A DNA stretch of 64,000 nt from Candidatus Gemmiger faecavium (GTDB lineage Bacteria; Bacillota; Clostridia; Oscillospirales; Ruminococcaceae). Shown piece after piece: positions 33,992-42,102 of the stretch. The DNA is taken from NCBI GenBank assembly GCA_019114415.1, contig DXFO01000022.1:12470-76469 (forward strand), given 5' to 3'. The notes under the pieces are model-generated. The model was not told where the DNA came from. It worked only from the letters and a program-made list of their open reading frames with translations, and ran no database searches. The translations under genes were made by a program, and so were the position numbers. Position 1 is the stretch's first letter. Each line of letters starts with the position of its first letter.

Positions 33992-34852
33992 TTAGTCCGC
34001 GAGTTCCAGGTTGTATTTATCGGCAAGAGCCTGCATGGTGCCATCTTCACGCAGAGCGGCAAAGGCCTCGTTGACCGCATCAGCCACGTCACTGCCCTTA
34101 CGGAAAGCAACGCCGTATTCTTCGACGTTCAGCTCATCCTTGATCTCCAGATCGGTATAGCTGGTGCCTTCCCCGATCATGGCATTGGCCAGGGTCAGGT
34201 CCAGGACCGCCGCCTGGCAGCTTCCGGCCTTGACTTCCGGCAGGCAATCCGCCTGGGTCGCCATGGGGACCAGATCCGCCTGAGAAAGATTTTCTTCCGC
34301 CTCAATGGTCTCCTGACCGGCAGAGCCCGCCTCATAGGCGATGCTTGCGCTGACCAGATCCGCAGTGCCGGTATATTCGGCATCCTTATTCATCACAATG
34401 ACCTGCGCGTTTTTGGCATAGGCCTCGGTGCAGGCGGTGTTTTCCATAATGTCCTCGGTCAGGGTCATGCCGTTCCAGATGCAATCGATGGTACCGGCAT
34501 CCAATTCGATGACCTTGGTCTCCCAGTTGATCTCCTGGAATTCCGGCGTAACGCCCAGCTTTTCACAGACTGCAGTGGCAAGTTCGGTGTCGAACCCGGT
34601 AAAGTTGCCCTCGTCATCGGTGTAGTTCATGGGGGCGTAGACCGTATAGCCGATGATCAGCGTGCCTTTTTCCTGAATGTAGGCAAGGTCGCTTTCCTCT
34701 GCATCGGTGTCACCGGCAGCGTCCGAAGAAGTTTCCGCCGTGACCGCTTCGCTGCTGTCATCCGCTGCGGAAGTCCCCGCATCGCCGTTGGAACAGGCGG
34801 CCAGGCTCAAAACCAGAGCAGCTGCCAATACGGTGCTGACAATTCTTTTCAT
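33992..34852 (-). CDS. Amino-acid ABC transporter substrate-binding lipoprotein
   Basis: Lipobox LAAC, acidic linker, 'YAPMNY...GFD', 'IDCIWNGMT', 'EEYGVAFRKG'. Confidence 0.93.
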   Translation of the reverse strand: MKRIVSTVLAAALVLSLAACSNGDAGTSAADDSSEAVTAETSSDAAGDTDAEESDLAYIQEKGTLIIGYTVYAPMNYTDDEGNFTGFDTELATAVCEKLGVTPEFQEINWETKVIELDAGTIDCIWNGMTLTEDIMENTACTEAYAKNAQVIVMNKDAEYTGTADLVSASIAYEAGSAGQETIEAEENLSQADLVPMATQADCLPEVKAGSCQAAVLDLTLANAMIGEGTSYTDLEIKDELNVEEYGVAFRKGSDVADAVNEAFAALREDGTMQALADKYNLELAD

Positions 34853-35024
34853 GATGATCTCTCCTCCTCAATCACTATGCCGGCTCTGCGATTTAACACA
34901 GTAAACCGGCAATGCACCTTATTATAGTAATATAAACATTGGCATTGCGCAAGTAGTCCCGGACAAAAAACAGCATATATCGTGCTGTTTTCTGTATATT
35001 TTTTCGATTTTTCTGTTTCCGACA

Positions 35025-35067
35025 CAAAAAAGGCACCGTATTTCAAAAAGCATAGAAATACGATGCC
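35025..35067 (-). terminator. Terminator downstream of the NYN gene
   Basis: ggcaccgtatttc...gaaatacgatgcc stem followed by U tract on the minus strand. Confidence 0.6.
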
Positions 35068-35134
35068 CTGATGAATGCTCAATATCGGGGTACACCCCAA
35101 TGCGCCGGGAGCTGCCGCGCGTCGAACCTTTGAG

Positions 35135-35965
35135 TCAGTTTGACTTTTTGCGCACGGTATGTTTTTTGCTTCCGGGACGCGGCGTCACTTTGCGGCCGGT
35201 CTTTTTGGGAGCGGGCTGTGGACGGATACGGACAAACTGAATGGGATTGCCGTTGGAGAGCATCCGCTCTTCCACCTCCAGCCCCGGCAGCGCGGCCAAA
35301 AAACGGTTCAGGCTCTTGCTGCCGAAGTTTCGCACGTCAAAGTCCGGATAGCGCTTGATGAGCTGATCGCCGATCCGGCTGGTACGCACCCAACCGGTGC
35401 CGTCGTCCATCTCGTCGATCATGCCGTGCACCAGGCGGCCCACAGAATCCCGATTGATGGCGGTATCGTCGCTGGCTGCCTGCAAGGTTTCCGCAGCGGT
35501 CGGCACGATGGTTTCTTCAGGCGTTTCGGTGTTGTCGAGGATCAGGTCAAGGTACTTAAACTGGTCGCAGGCTTTTACAAAGGGCCCCAGGGTTTTGCTT
35601 TCTCCCATGCCGATCACCAGCTTGCCGGCTTCCCGCAGGCGGGCAGCCAGTCTGGTAAAGTCGCTGTCCGAAGAGACGATGCAGAAGCCGTCCAGATTAC
35701 CCGAATACAAAAGATCCATCGCGTCAATGATCATGGCGGAGTCGGTGGCATTTTTGCCCGTGGTATAGCTGTACTGCTGCACCGGAATGATGGAGTTGTT
35801 CAGCAGGACGTCTTTCCAGCTTTTCAGACGGCTGTCGCTCCAGTCGCCGTAAATACGCTTGCAGGTAGCAACACCGAAGGACGCAGCCTCATCCAGAATG
35901 GCCTTGACATATTTGGGCGAAATGTTATCGGCGTCGATCAGGACTGCCAGTTTCAAATCTTCCAC
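35135..35965 (-). CDS. NYN (LabA/DUF88) domain protein with C-terminal OST-HTH/LOTUS domain
   Basis: 'AVLIDADN', 'RIYGDW', 'GKNATDSAMIIDAMD', 'SSDSDFTRLA', 'PDFDVRNFG'. Confidence 0.9.
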   Translation of the reverse strand: MEDLKLAVLIDADNISPKYVKAILDEAASFGVATCKRIYGDWSDSRLKSWKDVLLNNSIIPVQQYSYTTGKNATDSAMIIDAMDLLYSGNLDGFCIVSSDSDFTRLAARLREAGKLVIGMGESKTLGPFVKACDQFKYLDLILDNTETPEETIVPTAAETLQAASDDTAINRDSVGRLVHGMIDEMDDGTGWVRTSRIGDQLIKRYPDFDVRNFGSKSLNRFLAALPGLEVEERMLSNGNPIQFVRIRPQPAPKKTGRKVTPRPGSKKHTVRKKSN

Positions 35966-37169
35966 CGGAAAGGCCTCCTTTATTTCTTGCGGCCGGGTAC
36001 TGCGGCGCGTTGTTCTTGCCCGCCTGACCGCGAGGTTGAAAGTACATATACAGCTGGCAAGGGATCATTCCATTATAGATCTTGCGCCGCTTGGTCGCTT
36101 TGGCTCCGAAGTGCTCCTCAAACGCCGCGTCGGCGGTGATGGCATACAATCCCGAACCGGGCGCCAGCCGCCAGGCCTGTCCCAGAACACGGGCCAGGGA
36201 CGCTGCCTGTTCGGCATCTCCCAGGCGCTCCCCGTAGGGCGGATTGGTCAGCACGACTGCCTCCGGCGATGCATGGAAGTCCTTTACATCCGCCACTTCA
36301 AACCGGCAGCGCTCCCCCACGCCCGCCAGCTTGGCGTTGGCGTTGGCCAAGGCTACCGCCGCCGGATCGATGTCGTATCCGACACCTTCAAACGCCGCGT
36401 CCATCCGGGCGGCTTCCAGGGCTTTGCGCCGTTCCTGCGCCCAGACATCCTTGGACAGGAATCCGAACGCTTCTGCCGCAAAGCGCCGGCGCAAACCCGG
36501 TGCAATGTTCAGCGCTTTCTGGGCAGCTTCGATCACCATGGTACCGGAACCGCAGAACGGGTCCTGCACGAAGGTGTCCCGGCGGACATGTCCCAGGTCC
36601 GCAATGGCTGCAGCCAGCGTCTCCTTGATGGGGGCCAGGGTCGCGTTGCGGCGGTACCCCCGTTTGTGCAGACCGTCACCGGAGGTGTCCAGCATGATCT
36701 CCACAACATCCTTGCGCAGAGCAAACCGGACTTTATACAGCGCGCCCGTCTCGGGCAGAACGGACACGTGATGTCCCGCCATAAGGCGTTTGACGATCGC
36801 CTTTTTCACAATGCTCTGGCAGGCAGGCACGCTGGAAAGCGTGCTGGACAGGCTGGAACCCTTGACCGGGAACTGCGCATCCGGCGGCAGGAGGTCCTCC
36901 CACGGAATGCTGTAAACACTGTCAAACAGCTCGTCGAAAGTGACCGTGCGCGCGGTTTTGAGCAGAAGCAGCACACGTTCCGCCGTGCGCAGGTTCAGGT
37001 TGGCCGCCGCGATCAGCGAGGCATCTCCCTCAAACGCGATACGGCCGTCCGTGACCTTGATATTTTCCGCCCCCAGGCGCTTGATTTCAAAAGACAAAGT
37101 GGATTCTGTTCCAAAAAAACAGGGCGCAACAAGAGTGTAACGCTCAGGCATAGCAATTCCTTTCTGCAA
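35925..37169 (-). CDS. THUMP-domain class I SAM-dependent RNA methyltransferase (RlmL/YpsC-like)
   Basis: 'LHKRGYR', 'APIKETLAAA', 'DPFCGSGT', 'TNPPYGERL'. Confidence 0.9.
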   Translation of the reverse strand: MQKGIAMPERYTLVAPCFFGTESTLSFEIKRLGAENIKVTDGRIAFEGDASLIAAANLNLRTAERVLLLLKTARTVTFDELFDSVYSIPWEDLLPPDAQFPVKGSSLSSTLSSVPACQSIVKKAIVKRLMAGHHVSVLPETGALYKVRFALRKDVVEIMLDTSGDGLHKRGYRRNATLAPIKETLAAAIADLGHVRRDTFVQDPFCGSGTMVIEAAQKALNIAPGLRRRFAAEAFGFLSKDVWAQERRKALEAARMDAAFEGVGYDIDPAAVALANANAKLAGVGERCRFEVADVKDFHASPEAVVLTNPPYGERLGDAEQAASLARVLGQAWRLAPGSGLYAITADAAFEEHFGAKATKRRKIYNGMIPCQLYMYFQPRGQAGKNNAPQYPAARNKGGLSGGRFETGSPDRRR

Positions 37170-37279
37170 TGTTTCAAATCATATTGGGTTGCCGGCAGAT
37201 AACCCAAAAAGGCCCTGCGTCCAAATCACGGGAGACAACAGAGCCTTTCTTTGTTTACGGGTCAGCCAGCGATGACAAA

Positions 37280-37741
37280 TCAGCCGCGGCGACGGGAATA
37301 TCCGCCCCGGCGATTTTCGGTAACGCGCTTCAGATCCGCGATTTTTTCTTCGCTTTGAGTCTTGTAGCGTGCCATCATATCCTCAAAGCTCATCTCGCCC
37401 TTGGGCTGGGACGGTTTGGGCTGCCAGACACGCGGAGGAGCTTCGCGGCGCTGCGGACGAGGTCCACGGCCATTGCCTCCGCCCTGGCGCTGGCCGCGCT
37501 CGGGAGCCGGCTGGGTGCGCTTGATCGACAGTGCGATCTTTCCGTCCGGCGCAATGTTCAGGACCTTGACCGAAACGGTCTGGCCTTCCGACAAAACCGT
37601 GGAAAGATCCTGGACAAACTCATACGAAACTTCCGAAATGTGGACAAGTCCGGTCTTGTTCTCCGGCAACGCAATAAATGCACCAAACGGTTTGATGCCG
37701 GTAACTTTACCTTCCAGAATGTCCCCTACCTGTAATGCCAA
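37280..37741 (-). CDS. S1 RNA-binding domain protein (YabR/GSP13-like)
   Basis: 'GKVTGIKPFGAF', 'GLVHISEVS', 'KIALSIK', 'SFEDMM'. Confidence 0.92.
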   Translation of the reverse strand: MALQVGDILEGKVTGIKPFGAFIALPENKTGLVHISEVSYEFVQDLSTVLSEGQTVSVKVLNIAPDGKIALSIKRTQPAPERGQRQGGGNGRGPRPQRREAPPRVWQPKPSQPKGEMSFEDMMARYKTQSEEKIADLKRVTENRRGGYSRRRG

Positions 37742-37813
37742 ACTGTAATACCCCTTTTTGCTGTTCGCTGTATTTTCAGAAAAAGGCCCGCAAAGCCATT
37801 TCTGTCACAAAAA

Positions 37814-38095
37814 TCACTTGCCGCTGATATCGTAGAAGATCCGCTCATTGGGACGGGCATAACCCTGTTCCCGGGCAATGCGCTCGATGATGGCAGATTC
37901 TCCATCGGAAAGCGCCCGGTTCAGTTCCTCATTGTCCGCCTTCTGCTCCTCGACCTGAGTCTGGATGGATTGCAGTTCCTGGCGTTTGGAACCAATGGTC
38001 ACCTGGCATCGGATCACATTGACCACAAGGTATCCGCACAGCAGACAAATCATTGCCGGCAGAAACCACTTCGGCATCTTTTTGCGTTTTTTCAT
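37814..38095 (-). CDS. divIC: Septum formation initiator (DivIC/FtsB family)
   Basis: Basic N-terminus, TM, coiled coil, 'IERIAREQGYARPNERIF'. Confidence 0.85.
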   Translation of the reverse strand: MKKRKKMPKWFLPAMICLLCGYLVVNVIRCQVTIGSKRQELQSIQTQVEEQKADNEELNRALSDGESAIIERIAREQGYARPNERIFYDISGK

Positions 38096-38159
38096 GGCCG
38101 CGATCCGACCTCCCTCCGGTTGCATCCTCGGCAATGCAGGCAAATACGCCTGCGTGTTT

Positions 38160-38639
38160 TTAATTATATAATATCCGTTTTGGATTTTGCAACATTTTTT
38201 TCTGTTTTTTTCTCTTTTTTCCCTGCTTTCGGCGGCTATGCTTTTGTTTTGCCGAAAACACAGCCTGTATCAGCTTTCTTTTGATGGGCCGAACCACCTT
38301 CTGCGCCGTCCAATGCAAAGGAAACGCCAGGATTCGCAGCAACAATTCCATTCCGTGATGCAGCAGCGGCGATGCTGTAACGCTCCACCCCAATGTTCCC
38401 AACGCCATGGCCGCCGCCATGTACCATCTTGCCGTACCGCTGGCCGACAGCTGCGCGGCAAAACCGCACACCGCAATCGCAGCGGCAGCAAACCCAGCAA
38501 GATCCAGCACAAAGCGGACAGGCCGGCTTTCCCCGAAAAGCAGCCCCAGCGCGTCGCGCCCGGCCGCGATACACAACCCGATCCCCAGACACCAGAGCAC
38601 GTCCGTCCAGACCGCCCAAAACGGCGGAGAAGCCGTCAT
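38160..38639 (-). CDS. yabQ: Spore cortex biosynthesis protein YabQ-like
   Basis: Hydrophobic protein with basic tail between yabP and divIC (conserved order). Confidence 0.65.
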   Translation of the reverse strand: MTASPPFWAVWTDVLWCLGIGLCIAAGRDALGLLFGESRPVRFVLDLAGFAAAAIAVCGFAAQLSASGTARWYMAAAMALGTLGWSVTASPLLHHGMELLLRILAFPLHWTAQKVVRPIKRKLIQAVFSAKQKHSRRKQGKKRKKQKKMLQNPKRILYN

Positions 38640-38646
38640 TGCCCCC

Positions 38647-38946
38647 TCACCCGAACAAGCGCTTGAAAAATCCGCCGGAAGTCTGGCGGTTTTCCGCATA
38701 CTGCAAAAATTCGATCTTTCCGGAAATATGGACTTCTCCGGTGCGCACTGAAAGTTCCCCCACCTGGATTTCCTGTCCACCGATGGTCAGATTTCCCTGG
38801 GTGGTTTCCAGCGCCGCCCCTGTCTCGTCACAGCTGATGACCCGTGTGACCCCTGTGGCAACAAGGGTGTGCCGGTTTTCCAGCATCAGGGTATGTGCCT
38901 GGACCGGAAGTTCCGCCTGTGGTAACTCATTTTGTCTGGCCGCCAT
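38647..38946 (-). CDS. yabP: YabP/YqfC-family sporulation protein
   Basis: 'HTLMLENR', 'TGVTRVISCDE', 'GNLTIGG', 'ISGKIEFLQY', 'GGFFKRLFG'. Confidence 0.88.
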   Translation of the reverse strand: MAARQNELPQAELPVQAHTLMLENRHTLVATGVTRVISCDETGAALETTQGNLTIGGQEIQVGELSVRTGEVHISGKIEFLQYAENRQTSGGFFKRLFG

Positions 38947-39017
38947 GACTGCCACCTCCTGGTTTCTCGGGGCGGCACAAAGGGCCGGGCCCGCACATTC
39001 GCTTGGTTTCCCTAGCT

Positions 39018-39045
39018 ATATATGCGGGCCCGTTTCAAATTATTC
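39018..39045 (-). promoter_or_regulatory. Putative sigma-E promoter of yabPQ
   Basis: GAATAAT -14 nt- CATATAT; yabP is sigma-E-dependent in B. subtilis. Confidence 0.6.
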
Positions 39046-39049
39046 CGGT

Positions 39050-39295
39050 TCAGCCGGAGATCACTTCATACAATTCCCGGGCAACATCCTTGCCGCGGGG
39101 TTCTTCCACCGAGAGTACGCGTACCTTGACAGGCTTGTTGCCGAACGTGATCTCGATCTCGTCGCCGGTCTTGACCGTGTAGCTGGCCTTTGCTGCCTTG
39201 CCGTTGACAAGCACCCGGCCGGCATCCGCGACCTCATTGGCCAGCGTGCGCCGTTTGATAAGACGGCTCACCTTGAGATATTTATCCAATCGCAT
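39050..39295 (-). CDS. S4-domain RNA-binding protein (YabO/RqcP/Hsp15-like)
   Basis: 'MRLDKYLKVSRLIKRRTLA', 'GRVLVNGKAAKAS'. Confidence 0.93.
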   Translation of the reverse strand: MRLDKYLKVSRLIKRRTLANEVADAGRVLVNGKAAKASYTVKTGDEIEITFGNKPVKVRVLSVEEPRGKDVARELYEVISG

Positions 39296-39434
39296 GTATC
39301 TTCCTCCTGTGACGGCCGGGCCGTCCGCGTTACGATACGCAAACGCCCGCCGCTTGGGCAAACGTACGTCCAAATCACTTTGGGCTTACTTTTACCTTAC
39401 AGCGGCGGGCAATGCTTTTTGGCTAACGCCTCTC

Positions 39435-39707
39435 TTACTGGACCGCGTCCTTCAGAGCCTTGCCGGCCTTGAAAGCCGGGAGCTTGGAAGCAGGAATGGT
39501 GATCTCCTGCTTGGTCTGGGGATTGCGGCCCTTACGCTCCGGGCGCTCACGCACTTCAAAGGTGCCGAAGCCGACCAGGGAGACCTTTTCGCCGTTCTTC
39601 AGCGCCTCGGTGATGGCGTTGACTGCACTGTTGACAGCCTTCTCGGCATCCTTCTTAGTCAGGCCGGCATCAGCGGCAACTGCGGCAATCAGTTCAACTT
39701 TGGTCAT
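39435..39707 (-). CDS. hup: DNA-binding protein HU
   Basis: '[11 protein letters not shown]', '[10 protein letters not shown]', 'GRNPQT', '[11 protein letters not shown]'. Confidence 0.98.
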   Translation of the reverse strand: MTKVELIAAVAADAGLTKKDAEKAVNSAVNAITEALKNGEKVSLVGFGTFEVRERPERKGRNPQTKQEITIPASKLPAFKAGKALKDAVQ

Positions 39708-39793
39708 TGTTTTTACCTCCAAGTAATTTATCTGCAAAAAGCGCTTTGCAGCCTCTCCATTCCGGCAGGCCGTTTGCTTTTTGACTGGTAATA

Positions 39794-40504
39794 TTATGCC
39801 CCGGTATCCGGGGTCTCCGGCTGTGGGATGGTTTTCATTCCGGCCACAAACCGGGCGTTCTGCTTCTGCAGCGCCTGTTCCGGGTCGACCCCGGCAGCTC
39901 TGGCCAGTCTTACCACTTCAAACAGCAGCTTTCCCACAGCGTCCTCCGCCATATCCGGTGCGGCATCCACCGCATCGGCAAGGGCTTTGGACAGGTTCCG
40001 GTCATTGACCGGCTGGTCGCCCAGGCGGCGCTGTGCCCGTTTTTGCAGCTTTGCCGCACGCATCAGTGCAGGCATTGCTTTGGGCACGCTTTCCAGATCC
40101 TGAGCAAGCGTCGTGCGTCCCTTTTCCTTATTCTTGAGCGCATCCCAGTCGTTTATGCCTTCGTTTCCGGGTTCTGCGCCAAAAATATGAGGGTGACGGA
40201 AAATCAGCTTGCGGCAAACGCCGTCGCAGACGTCCTGCCAGTCAAAGCGTTCCCGTTCGGCTTCGATGCAGGTATGAAAAACGACCTGCATCAGAACGTC
40301 GCCCAATTCCTCGCACATAAGCTCTGCATCATCGCAGTCCAGCGCATCCACCGCCTCATAGGCTTCCTCCAGGAAGTTCATGCGGATGGAGGAATGCGTC
40401 TGCACCCGATCCCAAGGGCAGCCGGTCTCCGGCTGGCGCAGGATCCGGATGATCTCGACGAGATCATCCGCGGTGTAGTGATCTTTCGGCTGATATTCTA
40501 CCAT
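39794..40504 (-). CDS. mazG: MazG-family nucleotide pyrophosphohydrolase
   Basis: 'GCPWDRVQT', 'EEAYE', 'EELGDVL', '[11 protein letters not shown]'. Confidence 0.9.
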   Translation of the reverse strand: MVEYQPKDHYTADDLVEIIRILRQPETGCPWDRVQTHSSIRMNFLEEAYEAVDALDCDDAELMCEELGDVLMQVVFHTCIEAERERFDWQDVCDGVCRKLIFRHPHIFGAEPGNEGINDWDALKNKEKGRTTLAQDLESVPKAMPALMRAAKLQKRAQRRLGDQPVNDRNLSKALADAVDAAPDMAEDAVGKLLFEVVRLARAAGVDPEQALQKQNARFVAGMKTIPQPETPDTGA

Positions 40505-40517
40505 CTTTGCCCGCAAA

Positions 40518-40988
40518 TCACAACTGTGCGCCGCAATGATTGCAGAACAGCGCCTCGGCATCGACTTCAGAGTTGCACACCGGGCAGGTCTTGGTCTCGC
40601 CGCGGGGGCGGTCAGGCTCCTCCTCGACGATTTCCTCTTCCTCAGTCGCCACGATGGGTTCCTCTGCCTCAGCCTCAGCGGCTTCGGCCTCGGCGCGCTC
40701 GGCGGGAGTCATGTGTGCCTTGATCTCCTCGATATTCTTCTCGATCTCGGCAATGGCCTCAATGTACTTGTCGACCAGAGGCTGGTTCTCTTCACCCGCC
40801 TTGTGCAGGCTGTAAACCAGAGCGCCAAGCTGACGCTGGGACTTGGAAAGGCGGGCCTGCTGGTTCAGGAGTTCCAGCTGGTTCTTGCCCTTGTCCGCAA
40901 TGTCGATGGCGGTCTTTTTGGCGGTATCCATAATCTGAAGGCCCTGCTCTTTGAGCATCTCAATATCCAATTCAAACATGTTATACAC
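40518..40988 (-). CDS. Coiled-coil protein with acidic linker and C-terminal zinc ribbon
   Basis: C-terminal CPVC...FCNHCG; E/A-rich linker; RBS gaggtg. Confidence 0.75.
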   Translation of the reverse strand: MYNMFELDIEMLKEQGLQIMDTAKKTAIDIADKGKNQLELLNQQARLSKSQRQLGALVYSLHKAGEENQPLVDKYIEAIAEIEKNIEEIKAHMTPAERAEAEAAEAEAEEPIVATEEEEIVEEEPDRPRGETKTCPVCNSEVDAEALFCNHCGAQL

Positions 40989-41070
40989 CTCTTTCTATGC
41001 TACCGAATAGCAGCTGCCAGGTTGCAGGATCTCCCGGCAGAATGCGCCGGGCGGCAGCTTATTTATCTGC

Positions 41071-41099
41071 ATTATAGCGTATCCCTTTCGGCTTTGCAA
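41071..41099 (-). promoter_or_regulatory. Sigma-A promoter for the zinc-ribbon gene and mazG
   Basis: TTGCAA -17 nt- TATAAT. Confidence 0.75.
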
Positions 41100-41166
41100 C
41101 GCCCTGAAAGGCCTGATTTGTGTACGTTTCGTTAATTCTTTCGGTTTTTCCGGCCGATTTTGCGGT

Positions 41167-42102
41167 TTAACCGATAAATTCTCTCAAAATGCTGCGCTGC
41201 GGCACTGCCTGCCCGGCAATAGGCGTAAACGGCTGCAGCTGAGCGCACAGCGCCGCCAGGCGTGCGGCATGCTTGCTTTCCGGGTCGACCGTCTCCAGCA
41301 TGGGACCGAGCATGCCGCTCCACAGACAGGGCTCATAACTGAAGGAGGTATCCAGCACAAGGTCCGCACGATTTTTGAACACCTTGATATAACGGTTTTC
41401 CGAAGAGCAGACATGGGGCCACAGGTTGAGTGTGAAGTCCGCACCATGTCCCCGGAACAGGGCGTCCCGGGTCAGGCGGCGGGCCAGGCGGATATCGCGG
41501 GTCGCAACGGTGCGCGCCCCGATGGTATCGCAGTATTCTTCCCGGAGGCTGGCATAGATCAGCAGGCGCGCGGTCTGCGGCAGATGATCGGTCAGAACCG
41601 GATTGAAGGCGTGAAGACCTTCCACAACGGCTACGCCGTCACGGCAGTCCACATGGTGCGTTTTTCCCGAAGGTTTCTGGGTCAGGAAGTCAAATTGCGG
41701 AACGTCGCACTCCCCGGTCTCGGCCAGCTCCCGCAGGCAATCCTGCAAAAGCGGGATGTCCAGCGCCTCGACGCATTCATAGTCATCACTGCCGTCCGGG
41801 CGCTTGGGATAGCGGCCTTCCCCCACAAAAAAGTCATCCAGGCTGATGACCTCGCTGCGTCGGCCGCTGTTCCGGACAACCTCCGCCAAACGTTTGGCCG
41901 AGGTCGTCTTGCCGGAACTGGAAGGTCCCGTAAGCAGCACAAGTCCGCGGCCGGAGTCGAGGATCGTTTCAACAGCGCGCCGGACCCTGGCGTCGTACTG
42001 GTTCTCACACAGTTCCATAAACTCCGCGGGACGCTGTGCGGCAAAATTGACGATCTCACTGCTGATGAGACGCTTCGGAATCTGGACCGGCGAAATCGGC
42101 AT
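41167..42102 (-). CDS. Nucleoside (uridine) kinase-like P-loop protein
   Basis: 'TGPSSSGKTT', 'SLDDFF', 'VEGLHAFN', 'RRLTRD'. Confidence 0.82.
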   Translation of the reverse strand: MPISPVQIPKRLISSEIVNFAAQRPAEFMELCENQYDARVRRAVETILDSGRGLVLLTGPSSSGKTTSAKRLAEVVRNSGRRSEVISLDDFFVGEGRYPKRPDGSDDYECVEALDIPLLQDCLRELAETGECDVPQFDFLTQKPSGKTHHVDCRDGVAVVEGLHAFNPVLTDHLPQTARLLIYASLREEYCDTIGARTVATRDIRLARRLTRDALFRGHGADFTLNLWPHVCSSENRYIKVFKNRADLVLDTSFSYEPCLWSGMLGPMLETVDPESKHAARLAALCAQLQPFTPIAGQAVPQRSILREFIG

